Source: Legionellaceae bacterium
Lineage (GTDB): Bacteria > Pseudomonadota > Gammaproteobacteria > CBCSKA01
NCBI GenBank assembly: GCA_965140885.1
Contig: CBCSKA010000135.1
Coordinates: 1-59,958, forward strand
Reading direction: 5' to 3'
Length of the DNA: 59,958 nucleotides
The notes under the pieces were generated by a model that saw only the letters and a program-made list of their open reading frames with translations, made no database searches and was not told where the DNA came from. Made by a program: the position numbers and the translations under genes. Of this stretch, positions 1 through 10,082 are shown piece after piece. Every line of letters begins with the position of its first letter. Positions within the stretch are counted from its first letter, which is position 1.

Positions 1-656
1 CGGTTTGGACTACGATTTAATTTGATTGCCAGCATCTACAATTTTGAGCTCTATTTGTGAGTTTCGAAAGAACTCTAATAATCGAGGCAATTCGGCTCTT
101 TCTTTTTTTGCATCCGAAATTTTTTCTTGATAAATACTGAATACGAGTACAACCTGCTTCTTTAAAAGTGGTTAATTGTAGTTTGGTTAAACTACACAAA
201 CGGGGGAAGGCCATAGCAAGCTATGGAAGTGGTGAAGTCTTGAAAGCGCTTAATTCTCAAAAGCAATAAATGTAGCTGACGTTATTATGAGAGGAGTACT
301 TATCTCAGTCTATATTTATCTTATGAAGCCTTAATGTGACTCACAAGTTAAATTAGAAAATCTCAAATCATACTCATTCTTATAAATTATGGGTATTTGT
401 CGAGTAAACTAATGCTGTTACTTCAGAATTTGAATAAGTTTTACTTGTATGTTTCTATGTATATTTATTTTTAAACAAAATAGTGTTAGCGGCAAAGTTA
501 AGCTACAGGGCTTTTTTAGCCAAAATAGGAGGTAACCCATCGGTATTAAGTTCAGGCTGTTTTTTCAAATGTGCTAACTAGCCCACCGGTTTTTCCCCTA
601 AAATATTTCTAGCCTAGCGTCTATAACTCAGAACAAACATTTTTGAGGGCGACCGC

Positions 657-690
657 AATGTTAAATTTCCCGGGTTGGCAATTTAACATT
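657..690. repeat. Perfect 11-bp inverted repeat (aatgttaaatt / aatttaacatt) separated by a 12-nt G+C-rich spacer
   Basis: Read directly: arms at 657-667 and 680-690, spacer tcccgggttggc. It lies in an ~890-bp non-coding stretch upstream of ahpC. Function unknown. Confidence 0.4.
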
Positions 691-1151
691 AACCCACCAA
701 ATATTAAAAAACTATTTTCATTTTTTTTTGCAGCACTTATTTATCTGTAGGTCTATACTTAATTTTCTGCCCTAACCCTTGAGCTAAAAGTATTGCTGCT
801 AATATGTTGCTGCCAAAATATTAAGACTTAAACTTTCTTTTTTTAGCCTGTACCGCAAGGGATACATGTAGTCTTTTAGGCAAATGTATTCATCATTGCC
901 CATTATATTCAGTAATTGTAATTGGTAGAGGGAATGTTACACTAAATTTTTTTGCAGTAATAAGCCAAGCTTCTACGTTATCCTCTTCTCGATGTATTTT
1001 AATTCCTACTTTACCTGTCATTTATTCAAGCTATTTAGTGTGTCTGTAAAGAAAACTTCATAAAACATTTAAAAATAAGTGTTTTAAACATTCAATTATA
1101 TCAGTTATGCTATATAGGTTATTTTCATTATTTGCTGTTAAGGAGAAAGTT

Positions 1152-1691
1152 ATGTTAGGTGTAGGCGACAAATTTCCTGAGTTTAAATTAAAAGGGGTTA
1201 TATCTTCTTCTATCAAAGATGCATTTACTGAAATTTCTGCCGATACGTACAAAGGCAAATGGCTAGTTGTATTTTTTTGGCCTAAAGATTTTACTTTTGT
1301 TTGCCCAACAGAAATTGCAGAATTTGGACATTTGAATACAGAATTTGCTAAAAGTAATGCTCAAGTACTTGGTATAAGCACTGATAGTGAATTTGTTCAC
1401 TTGGCATGGAAACAACAAAATGAAGAAATAGGATCATTACCCTTTCCTATGCTTGCTGATATTAAGCGTGACTTATCCAGTGAATTAGGTATTTTGGATC
1501 GCGAAGAAGGAGTGGCTCAACGCGCTACTTATATTATTGGTCCTGATGGAGTTATTCGTTTTTTAATGATTACTGATTTAAATATTGGCCGAAATCCACA
1601 AGAAGTTTTGCGTATACTGGATGCTTTGCAAACAGGGGGGCTTTGTGCTTGTAATTGGAAAAAAGGTGAAGCAACAATAACAGTATCTTAA
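1152..1691 (+). CDS. ahpC: 2-Cys peroxiredoxin (AhpC/Tsa family)
   Basis: ORF 1107-1691. The internal ATG at 1152 follows aaggag (1140-1145). Peroxidatic-Cys motif FTFVCPTE; C-terminal Cys region GGLCACNWKKGE. Confidence 0.88.
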   Translation: MLGVGDKFPEFKLKGVISSSIKDAFTEISADTYKGKWLVVFFWPKDFTFVCPTEIAEFGHLNTEFAKSNAQVLGISTDSEFVHLAWKQQNEEIGSLPFPMLADIKRDLSSELGILDREEGVAQRATYIIGPDGVIRFLMITDLNIGRNPQEVLRILDALQTGGLCACNWKKGEATITVS

Positions 1692-1857
1692 TTCATAAAA
1701 TTTAGGAATTAAGAGAACACAAAAGGATAAATATTTCTTGCATAACTTTTGATTTAAACTACATTTATTAATTATCCTAATATAAAGTTAATAGTTGTAT
1801 GTCACTAATTGTTTAAATCAATAGTTTGCAAGAAATTGTTTAATAGGGGCTACAAAA

Positions 1858-2484
1858 ATGATTTCTAGTGAAAATTGGAAGAAAAACTTTTTTTACCCCA
1901 TTTTGTTTGGCTTAATCATTTTTATTTTATTTAATATACTCATTTCTCTTTTTTCACACAAACCCGATCGGAATGTAAAAGATCCTTCATTTACCATACC
2001 TGGAACAGTAAATTTACCCGATCAAGTTTTAGCGATTGATATGAAAATGGGTAAGCAAGCTATTATAACTGAGCGTGATATAGCTAATGGCAATGCCCCT
2101 TTTTTGGTATTTATTCAAGCGAATGAACAGGGAAATTATCGTGAACCCCGTTTTTTAAAGAGTTTTTCGGAATTAGTGTCTTTAGATACGACAGGCAATG
2201 GACAACTTAATTTAGCTGATAAAGATTATAAAAAGATTTATCTCGCTTATATTACACCAGAAGGTATTATTAAATATATTTCATTAGAAAATGCAGGCAT
2301 ATATGCCTTATTAATTAGTCAAGAGCATTTAACTATTGATATAAAAACAAAAGCAGGAATTTTAATTAATAATGCCGATGTTGCATTATTAAATGATAAT
2401 AGCCAACGCGCTATTATTCCTGTTTTAATTGGGCAGCAAGTTTTACTTAAATTAGTGCATACCCTAGAAAATAAAAATAATTGA
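1858..2484 (+). CDS. Hypothetical membrane-anchored protein
   Basis: 208-aa ORF with one N-terminal hydrophobic helix (FFYPILFGLIIFILFNILISLF). No motif recognised. Confidence 0.5.
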   Translation: MISSENWKKNFFYPILFGLIIFILFNILISLFSHKPDRNVKDPSFTIPGTVNLPDQVLAIDMKMGKQAIITERDIANGNAPFLVFIQANEQGNYREPRFLKSFSELVSLDTTGNGQLNLADKDYKKIYLAYITPEGIIKYISLENAGIYALLISQEHLTIDIKTKAGILINNADVALLNDNSQRAIIPVLIGQQVLLKLVHTLENKNN

Positions 2485-2547
2485 CGCTTTTAAGGAGCTT
2501 ATTTAAGCTAATTATGCTTTTCCTTTATTCTATTAAAAAGGTTTATC

Positions 2548-2955
2548 ATGCAACGACCAAATCCTTCTTCCAATCTGGGTATGCATCATATTGCTTTATT
2601 TGTTCAAAATTTTGAATCTTGTCTATTTTTTTATTCAGAATTATTGGACATGTCTATTGAATGGCAACCTGATGAAGATAATGTTTATTTATCATCTGGC
2701 AGTGAAAATTTAGCCTTACATCGGATCCCTCAACATATCACTTTTGCGCCGAATCAAGTATTAGACCATATCGGTTTTATTTTACGTACGCCGGAAGATG
2801 TTGATATTTGGTATAATTATTTGGTCGCTAATCAAGTTACTATAAAGGCTGAGCCAAGAATCCATCGAGATGGTGCAAAAAGTTTTTATTGTTTAGATCC
2901 TGATGGGAATACGGTACAAATGCTGTATCATCCTCCTCTAAGCCAAGGTAAATAA
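2548..2955 (+). CDS. VOC/glyoxalase-family protein
   Basis: 135 aa. Pattern MHHIALFV ... LDHIGF ... CLDPDGN is typical of the vicinal-oxygen-chelate fold. Confidence 0.72.
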   Translation: MQRPNPSSNLGMHHIALFVQNFESCLFFYSELLDMSIEWQPDEDNVYLSSGSENLALHRIPQHITFAPNQVLDHIGFILRTPEDVDIWYNYLVANQVTIKAEPRIHRDGAKSFYCLDPDGNTVQMLYHPPLSQGK

Positions 2956-2962
2956 ATTTTAA

Positions 2963-3397
2963 TTATTGATTTAAGTCATGTAATTTTAATTCGCAACCGG
3001 CTTCACGATAAATACGATAATGATTTCTCGCTTTATGCTTTAACTCTTCTTGATTAGGGATAATTTCAATCACGCGTTGAAATTGTTTATATTGCGAAAT
3101 AATTTCTTCTGTCAAATTAATTAATATATCAGAAAAATTTTCTGGGGGAGGAATAATCCCAATTTGAATGGGAGAATTTAACGGATTGTTTTCATTATAA
3201 ATTTGATGAGGGATGAAACTAATATCACGAAAAATCCATAATATATCATCTAATTGTTGGGCTATTTCTAGTGTATTGACTTGAATATAAATTTTATGGT
3301 TTTGCTGATAAGCTTTATCAATAATTCGGCACGCGCAATGAAGGCGCGCGCCTAACGTGTTTTCTTTTAATAAGTAAAAATCAATACGGGGCATCAT
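2963..3397 (-). CDS. holC: DNA polymerase III chi subunit
   Basis: 144 aa. N-terminus RIDFYLL and overall length match HolC. It sits immediately downstream of pepA, the conserved pepA-holC arrangement. Confidence 0.8.
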   Translation of the reverse strand: MMPRIDFYLLKENTLGARLHCACRIIDKAYQQNHKIYIQVNTLEIAQQLDDILWIFRDISFIPHQIYNENNPLNSPIQIGIIPPPENFSDILINLTEEIISQYKQFQRVIEIIPNQEELKHKARNHYRIYREAGCELKLHDLNQ

Positions 3398-3456
3398 TTA
3401 TCAAAAAATCTTTTTATAAAGATAGGTATTGATAAGCAATTTTTTCTCGTCATAAT

Positions 3457-4989
3457 TTATTGCCCACATTTTTTAAGTAAATAATGAAGTAATAACGAAA
3501 TAGGTCGTCCTGTCGCACCTTTTTCTTTTCCATTTTTCCAAGCTGTACCTGCAATATCTAAATGTGCCCATACATAATCTTTTGTAAATTGACTTAAAAA
3601 ACAGGCAGCAGTAATACTACCGGCAATTGCTGGGACAGCAATATTAGCTATATCTGCAAAATTACTATTTAATAATTCTTGATAATCTTCATGGATAGGT
3701 AATTGCCAAACAAGATCAGTGGATTCTTCTCCCGCTGTGTATAATTCATTAGCCAAAGATTGATTATTACTTAGCAATCCTGACATGACATTACCTAAGG
3801 CAATAACAACGGCCCCTGTTAACGTTGCAATATCAATCACTATTTCAGGATTAAATTTATTACAAAAAGTTAAGGCATCACAGAGAATTAAACGACCTTC
3901 TGCATCAGTATTAAGAATTTCAATCGTTTTTCCTGCCATACTTTTTACAATATCACCGGGTTTAACCGCTTTTCCACTCGGTAAATTTTCTGTTGCAGGA
4001 ATGACACCGACAATATTAATGGGTAATTGTAATTCTGCAACCGCTTTAATAAGGCCTAATACCGATGCAGCACCACACATATCATATTTCATTTCATCCA
4101 TTGCTAGCCCAGGTTTAAGGGAAATACCACCTGAATCAAATGTAATTCCTTTACCCACAAAAACAATGGGCTTACTCATTTCTTTACTACCTTGATATTC
4201 GATTGTTATTAATTTAGGCGGTTGATCACTTCCTTGAGCTACGGCAAGTAACGCTCCCATCCCTAATATTTGCATATCTGCTTTTTCAAATACAGTCACT
4301 TTTAAATTATTATAATGCGTTGTCAATTCAAAAGCTTGTTCTGCTAAATAGGTTGGGGTACAAATATTGCCCGGTAAATTACCTAAATTACGTGCTAAGG
4401 TAATCCCTTTATCTAATGCGGAACTTATTTCTGCTGCAGCGTTAATATCCTTTTGCTCCTGTTGAGTCGCAGCAGGAATCAGCATACTATTAAGTGCCGG
4501 TGGTTTTTTCTTATTATTCGTTTTTAATGAAGCAAAAGTGTATTTATTTTCGAGGATAATTTGAAATAAATGTTGAACTTTCCATTTAAAACTGCGATGG
4601 CCAGATAACGCGATTTCAGGCAAAAAGCAAATAGCATTTTGACTTCCTGTACTCATTAATACCGTTGTCATTTTAGTCATCATTTTTCTGTATTGATAAC
4701 CATCTATGGATTCAGGTTTTCCACAGCCTACTAATAAAATACGCTTAACAGGGCGTTCACCGGGTATTGGAATTAATAATGTTTGGCCTAACTCTCCTTG
4801 AATATCACCTTGGTTAATCACTTGACTCATTATACAATTGAATTGTGTATCAAGCATTTTCGCACTGGGAGATAAAACCTGGTTTTCAAATATACCAACA
4901 ATTAAGCAATCAGCAGGAAAAAGGTCTTTGCCTAATGCATCATAAATTGTTGTGGAAAATTCATTAAGAGTAATAGATTGAAATTCCAT
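3457..4989 (-). CDS. pepA: Leucyl aminopeptidase (M17)
   Basis: 510 aa. M17 signature NTDAEGRLILCDAL and VGKGITFDSGG. Divergent from lptF as in other gammaproteobacteria. Confidence 0.95.
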   Translation of the reverse strand: MEFQSITLNEFSTTIYDALGKDLFPADCLIVGIFENQVLSPSAKMLDTQFNCIMSQVINQGDIQGELGQTLLIPIPGERPVKRILLVGCGKPESIDGYQYRKMMTKMTTVLMSTGSQNAICFLPEIALSGHRSFKWKVQHLFQIILENKYTFASLKTNNKKKPPALNSMLIPAATQQEQKDINAAAEISSALDKGITLARNLGNLPGNICTPTYLAEQAFELTTHYNNLKVTVFEKADMQILGMGALLAVAQGSDQPPKLITIEYQGSKEMSKPIVFVGKGITFDSGGISLKPGLAMDEMKYDMCGAASVLGLIKAVAELQLPINIVGVIPATENLPSGKAVKPGDIVKSMAGKTIEILNTDAEGRLILCDALTFCNKFNPEIVIDIATLTGAVVIALGNVMSGLLSNNQSLANELYTAGEESTDLVWQLPIHEDYQELLNSNFADIANIAVPAIAGSITAACFLSQFTKDYVWAHLDIAGTAWKNGKEKGATGRPISLLLHYLLKKCGQ

Positions 4990-5184
4990 AATAACCTCGA
5001 TTTTTTACGATTAGAAAGAGATAATACTGAATAAGTTATAAGATGACAAAATTTTTAATTAGTTTTATGGTGTTTTTGCAAATTTATTTCAGATTATGTT
5101 TAGTGAAGCTAAAAATACTTGTTTTTCACGAACATCCCTATATAGTTAATACTTTGATTGCTTTCGAAAGGATATATTTTAAAC

Positions 5185-6297
5185 GTGATTTTACGTCGTT
5201 ATTTAATTAAAGAAATTAGCCTTGCATTATTTAGCATTACAACTGTTTTACTGATTATTTTTATGAGTAATCAATTAGTGCGCTATTTATCTTATGCTGC
5301 AGATGGGCGATTAGAAATTCTTTCTATTTTAAAATTAATGATAGTCGAAATTCCCCATTTACTGGGTTTATTATTACCGTTGGGGTTATATTTAGCCATA
5401 TTATTAATCTTTGGTCGGCTTTATGTTGATCAAGAAATGGTAGTGATAAATTCGTGTGGAATTAGTCGCCGCCAAATTTTACAAATGTTATTACCACTTA
5501 TTTTTATATTAACAGGGATTGTTGCTGTATTAACTTTAGTCATTAACCCTAAAATATTAAATTACCGTAATCAATTATTAGAACAAAAAGGTAATATGAC
5601 AATTTTGAAAACCTTATTACCAGGACGGTTTCAAGAATTACCTAGAGGTCGTTATATCATTTATGCCGGTGCTATTTCACAAAATCATGAATTATTAAAG
5701 GATTTATTTGTCGCTGAATTAAATCAAGATAAAGAGATTAAGCATTGGAATATATTAGCGGCAGGTAAAGGTTATCAACAAATAGATAAAAAAACTAAAG
5801 AAACCTTTATTATTACGACTGATAGTTATCGATATACTGGTATACCCGGAAAACGAGATTTTCAAATTGTGCATTATGGTAAATATGGTGTCAAAATCCA
5901 AAATAAAGTGACTATGGATAGTGTAGAAGAAGATGCTCTACCTACCTTATTACTTTTTCGCACCTTTAAAAAAAATCCTGAATATTTAGCAGAATTAGAA
6001 TGGCGATTTTCTTTACCAATGATGGTATTAACATTAAGTTTACTCGCTATTCCACTAAGCCGTATTAATCGAGGGGATGGAAGATACATCCGTTTTTTAC
6101 CCGCCATTTTACTTTACATTATTTATGCGAATATGTTGATTGTTTCACGTTCATGGGTTAGTCGAAAAATAATACCGGGATATATTGGTTTATGGTGGAT
6201 ACATGGCATAATTTTAATATTGATTGGGTTATATTATCGTCGCAATACTACCTGGCGATTTTTTAAAACCCGTTATTTAAAGTTAGGTAAGCCATGA
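5185..6297 (+). CDS. lptF: LPS export ABC permease LptF
   Basis: The ORF opens at TTG 5158. The in-frame GTG at 5185 gives the typical N-terminus ILRRYLIKEI. Multi-TM YjgP/YjgQ-type protein, followed by lptG with a 4-nt overlap. Confidence 0.85.
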   Translation: MILRRYLIKEISLALFSITTVLLIIFMSNQLVRYLSYAADGRLEILSILKLMIVEIPHLLGLLLPLGLYLAILLIFGRLYVDQEMVVINSCGISRRQILQMLLPLIFILTGIVAVLTLVINPKILNYRNQLLEQKGNMTILKTLLPGRFQELPRGRYIIYAGAISQNHELLKDLFVAELNQDKEIKHWNILAAGKGYQQIDKKTKETFIITTDSYRYTGIPGKRDFQIVHYGKYGVKIQNKVTMDSVEEDALPTLLLFRTFKKNPEYLAELEWRFSLPMMVLTLSLLAIPLSRINRGDGRYIRFLPAILLYIIYANMLIVSRSWVSRKIIPGYIGLWWIHGIILILIGLYYRRNTTWRFFKTRYLKLGKP

Positions 6298-7358
6298 ATT
6301 TACTAACACGCTACATAGCCAACACTATTTTTCATACCTTAGTTATTGTATTGACTGTTTTAGCTGGATTAGAAGCTTTTATATTAATGATAAGCCAGTT
6401 ACGAGAAATTGGAACAGGACATTATACTCTTTTTCAAGCATTAATTTATGTGCTTTTAACGTTGCCCTCGAAAATTTATAGTTTTTTACCTATGGCAGGT
6501 TTGATTGGCGTATTAATGGGTTTAGGAACCTTAGTAAATCATAGTGAATTAATTGTCATGCGTGCGGTAGGTTTATCATTAAAGCAAATTATTATAAGTT
6601 TATTAAAAAGTGCATTAATTTTTATCCTTATTATGACTTTATTAGGTGAAACTATAGCTCCTTATTTGCAACGACATGCCGAACGTCATAAAACATTTGC
6701 ATTAAGTAAAGGACAAACATTACAAACAGGACAAGGAATTTGGTCAAAAGATGGCTCTGCTTTTTATCATATTCAAGCCATTGTAAATCCACGGCATTTA
6801 CTTGGGATTAGTCGTTATTTATTTAATGACCATTACCAATTGATAATGGTCAGTTATGCAAAAAATGCTATTTATAAAAATAAACAATGGATATTCAATG
6901 ACGTTATTCAAACTCATATTACAGAGAAAAAAGTGTTTGCTGAAAAAATCAATACCTTAAGTTTGCCTTTAGCGCTCAAACCAAATTTGCTTAAAGTGGC
7001 TGATCTTGAACCCGCGAATATGTCTATTTTTCAACTTTTTCAAACAATTCGTTATCATTCCCGCAATGGATTGCATGTCTCGAGTTATAGTCTGGCTTTC
7101 TGGCAGCGTTTATGTCAACCTATGGCATCATTGATCATGATGTTGCTTGCTTTACCATTTATATTTGGTCCTCTTCGAGCAGCTAATCGAGGTTTGCGGT
7201 TATTAGCAGGAATTAGTATTAGTTTTGGTTTTTATATATTAAATCAATTTTTTGGGCCAGTGAGTTTGGTTATGCAATTACCACCATTTTTGGCCGCTGT
7301 TTTACCAAGTATTTTATTTGGAATGCTCGGTTTATTTTTAATGAAGCGAGCGCGTTAA
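6294..7358 (+). CDS. lptG: LPS export ABC permease LptG
   Basis: 354 aa. N-terminus LLTRYIANTI, YjgP/YjgQ family. ATGA overlap with lptF. Confidence 0.85.
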   Translation: MNLLTRYIANTIFHTLVIVLTVLAGLEAFILMISQLREIGTGHYTLFQALIYVLLTLPSKIYSFLPMAGLIGVLMGLGTLVNHSELIVMRAVGLSLKQIIISLLKSALIFILIMTLLGETIAPYLQRHAERHKTFALSKGQTLQTGQGIWSKDGSAFYHIQAIVNPRHLLGISRYLFNDHYQLIMVSYAKNAIYKNKQWIFNDVIQTHITEKKVFAEKINTLSLPLALKPNLLKVADLEPANMSIFQLFQTIRYHSRNGLHVSSYSLAFWQRLCQPMASLIMMLLALPFIFGPLRAANRGLRLLAGISISFGFYILNQFFGPVSLVMQLPPFLAAVLPSILFGMLGLFLMKRAR

Positions 7359-7410
7359 TGTTTTTTGTTACAAAGATAATTTAATGCACGATTAATAATA
7401 AAGGAGTTTT

Positions 7411-8709
7411 ATGGGTAATTATGTCGATCAATCCATGAATGATAAGCATGCTAAACCATGCTCAAGTATGTATCCTTGGTTAGTTTGGGGTTTAGCCGCC
7501 GCATTTTTTTTCTGTGAGTATTTTGCCCGCGTAGCCCCAGGCGTTATGGTTCCAGAGTTAATGAAAGATTTTAAAGTTAATGCACTCGCATTAGGTGGAT
7601 TATCCGCTTTTTTTTATTATGCTTATGTCAGTATGCAAGTGCCTGTGGGTATATTAGTTGATCGTTATGGCGCCCATCGCTTATTAACAATAAGTACTTT
7701 TATTTTTGGTATAGGTTGTATTCTTTTTGGGTTAGCCGTAAATGTATATATTGCTCAATTAGGGCGTTTCTTAATGGGGTTAAGTGGTGCCTTTGCATTT
7801 GTTGGTTCATTAAAATTAGCTTCTGTTTGGTTTCCTGCGCGACGTTTTGGATTATTATCTGGTTTAACACAAGCATTAGGTATGTTAGGTGCTTCTATTG
7901 GTGAAGCTCCTATGTCAATTTCGGTATCAGTAATCGGTTGGCGTAATACCATGCTATTTATAGCCATTATTTTTATTATACTTTCTTTTGCTATTGGATT
8001 TATTGTTCGTGATCGGCCTACTAATTCATCTTCTAATAATACACATTCCTTAGCCGCAGGAAATGGAATTTTAGCAGGATTAAAAGAAGTTTTAGCGAAT
8101 CGTCAATGTTGGTTAAATGCTTTATATGCTGGTTTTGTTTATGCGCCTACCGCAGCATTTGCTGAATTATGGGGAGTAACTTTTTTAGTACAGACACATC
8201 ATTTAGATTATCATTCTGCTGCATTAGGTGTTGGGCTTATTTTTATTGGTTGGGGTGTTGGTGGCCCAATAATAGGTTGGTGTTCTGATATTTTCATGAG
8301 AAGAAAACCCATTATGATATGCTCAGCAGCAACGGGTTTATGTTTAATGTCTTTAATTTTATATGCGCCATTACCTAAAACATTATTATTTGTTTTATTG
8401 TTTTTATATGGTATTTCTAATACGGGAGTGGCTACAGCTTATGCCGTTGCAACAGAAATCAATAAGCGTTCTGTAGCAGGAACTTCATTAGCTTTTGCTA
8501 ATATGGCTTCTGTTATTGTGGGTGCTGCATTTCAACCGATAATTGGTGCTTTTTTAGAACATCATTGGAAAGGGGAATTTATGAATGGAATTCCTGTGTA
8601 TTCAGCAACGGATTTCCGAAGTGCTATGTTATTATTACCCCTATCAATGACATTAGGATTAATTATCTCTTTTTTCGTAAAAGAAACTTTTTGTAAAGCA
8701 AAAGAATAA
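7411..8709 (+). CDS. MFS transporter
   Basis: 432 aa with ~12 hydrophobic segments. MFS loop motif VDRYGAHRLL between TM2 and TM3. Confidence 0.8.
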   Translation: MGNYVDQSMNDKHAKPCSSMYPWLVWGLAAAFFFCEYFARVAPGVMVPELMKDFKVNALALGGLSAFFYYAYVSMQVPVGILVDRYGAHRLLTISTFIFGIGCILFGLAVNVYIAQLGRFLMGLSGAFAFVGSLKLASVWFPARRFGLLSGLTQALGMLGASIGEAPMSISVSVIGWRNTMLFIAIIFIILSFAIGFIVRDRPTNSSSNNTHSLAAGNGILAGLKEVLANRQCWLNALYAGFVYAPTAAFAELWGVTFLVQTHHLDYHSAALGVGLIFIGWGVGGPIIGWCSDIFMRRKPIMICSAATGLCLMSLILYAPLPKTLLFVLLFLYGISNTGVATAYAVATEINKRSVAGTSLAFANMASVIVGAAFQPIIGAFLEHHWKGEFMNGIPVYSATDFRSAMLLLPLSMTLGLIISFFVKETFCKAKE

Positions 8710-8780
8710 GTATCCATTTTAATCGTAAAAAATGGAAAAAATCAAAGATGATATTGTTTTAATTAGGCGAGGTGAAAAAA

Positions 8781-9356
8781 ATGGAAATAAATAAATGGAT
8801 GGGCTTAACTTTTTTAAGCATTTTTTTAACAGGTTGTATTCCTGCGGTATTTGTTGCAGGTGGCGCTGCTGGTGCGGCATTATCGAGTGATAATCGAAAT
8901 TTACAAACAATTTCAGATGATACAGATACAACACATCAAGCGAATAATTTAATTCAAAATGATGAAGCCTTATCAAAAGAAGCTCATATAACAGTTACTT
9001 TATTTAATGGTAATGCATTAATTACAGGACAAGCACCTAATACTGATTTACAACAACGCCCTGAACAATTAATTAAATCACTAAAGAAAATACATAAAAT
9101 TTTTAATCAAGTTAAAATTGCAGAGCCCATTGGCGCATTTACACGCAGTAATGATGCGTTAATTACCACTAATGTAAAAACTCGAATGTTAACAACGACG
9201 GATTTAAAATCTAGCCAATTTAAAATAATTACAGAGGATGGCACGGTTTACATTATGGGATTAGCGACTAAAGAACAAGCAAGAATGGCTGTAAATGTAG
9301 CCAGTCAAAGCACGGGTGTAAAACAAGTGGTTAAATTAATTGAATATGTATCTTAA
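8781..9356 (+). CDS. BON-domain lipoprotein (DolP/YraP-like)
   Basis: ORF from GTG 8772. The ATG at 8781 follows gaggtg. Lipobox FLTGC; size and two BON-like repeats resemble YraP/DolP. Confidence 0.7.
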   Translation: MEINKWMGLTFLSIFLTGCIPAVFVAGGAAGAALSSDNRNLQTISDDTDTTHQANNLIQNDEALSKEAHITVTLFNGNALITGQAPNTDLQQRPEQLIKSLKKIHKIFNQVKIAEPIGAFTRSNDALITTNVKTRMLTTTDLKSSQFKIITEDGTVYIMGLATKEQARMAVNVASQSTGVKQVVKLIEYVS

Positions 9357-9361
9357 AAAAT

Positions 9362-9387
9362 AAAAGGGAGCTTTTGCTCCCTTTTTT
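9362..9387. terminator. Bidirectional rho-independent terminator between convergent genes
   Basis: aaaagggagc-tttt-gctccctttttt: GC stem flanked by an A-run and a T-run, located between the two stop codons. Confidence 0.8.
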
Positions 9388-10072
9388 ATGCATTACAACA
9401 TTTTTTGAATTTTTTACCACTACCACAAATACAGGGATCATTTCTTCCAATTTTGGGTTGTTCATGCCGAATTGGGTCAATATGGTGATGGTGTGAACAA
9501 TGTTGATGTTTTTGCCAAAATTGAAAAATTTGAGTAATAGTGATAGGTAATAAGTGTAAATAAGACTGGCAAATAGATTCTATGTTAATATCATTCCCTT
9601 GTGTATTTTGGGGTTGATTATTATCAAAGAATTGAGCAAAAGCGCTAATGGGCGTTAATAAGTAACGAATATCTTCATGTCCTGATGATAACCATTTTTC
9701 TTGATTAGCAGAAACACCCGCCATATAACCCGCACACCATGAAATAATCAATGCATTATTTGCTTTTTGAAAATCGATAAGTTGATGTTCACTAAAAATA
9801 AGGGGTTTTATTTCTTCTTGTTTATGAAAAGCTTGATTAATGTTTGAATATAATGTCTCAATAATTTCATTAATTTTAGCTGCATCAGGATGCTTCATTA
9901 AGCTTGAATCATCACCATAAATAGCCGCTAAGCATTGATTTATTGGAATTAGACTAGGGTGAGCAATAATGGCACATAAAAATCCATGAATTTGCTCAAT
10001 AGACATTACATTTTCTTTAAAAGGGCTTGTTTCAAGTATTGTATAAAGTTTTTCTAATTCTATGGGTTGCAT
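9386..10072 (-). CDS. UPF0149/YecA-like protein with C-terminal SEC-C metal-binding motif
   Basis: 228 aa. C-terminus [18 protein letters not shown] is the SecA-type SEC-C zinc motif. Confidence 0.75.
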   Translation of the reverse strand: MQPIELEKLYTILETSPFKENVMSIEQIHGFLCAIIAHPSLIPINQCLAAIYGDDSSLMKHPDAAKINEIIETLYSNINQAFHKQEEIKPLIFSEHQLIDFQKANNALIISWCAGYMAGVSANQEKWLSSGHEDIRYLLTPISAFAQFFDNNQPQNTQGNDINIESICQSYLHLLPITITQIFQFWQKHQHCSHHHHIDPIRHEQPKIGRNDPCICGSGKKFKKCCNA

Positions 10073-10082
10073 ATCTTATTCC

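Noticed and set aside
17-214. 65-aa minus-strand ORF at the left window edge, possibly a transposase remnant
   Set aside because: I cannot match it to a family. A second frame (…ISDAKKERAELPRLLEFFRNSQIELKIVDAGNQIKS) also looks protein-like, suggesting a frameshifted relic cut by the window edge. Evidence is insufficient to call it.
893-1021. 42-codon minus-strand ORF (MTGKVGIKIHREEDNVEAWLITAKKF...) vaguely reminiscent of HicB/DUF1902-type antitoxin N-termini
   Set aside because: It has no Shine-Dalgarno sequence and no partner toxin ORF. The similarity is only impressionistic, and it is too short to support.
3785-4195. 136-aa plus-strand ORF inside pepA
   Set aside because: It lies entirely antisense to a strongly supported M17 aminopeptidase gene, and no motif is present. 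The same reasoning rejects 5874-6107, 7716-7967, 11572-11805, 18052-18797, 23753-24001, 25717-25902, 27505-27753, 30651-31121, 33366-33569, 37865-38047, 41546-42349, 43067-43306, 45009-45224, 47660-47851, 49429-49959, 51786-52355 and 53933-54283.
8719-8976. 85-aa minus-strand ORF overlapping the BON lipoprotein gene
   Set aside because: It is antisense to an ORF with a lipobox and BON-like repeats, and its composition looks random.
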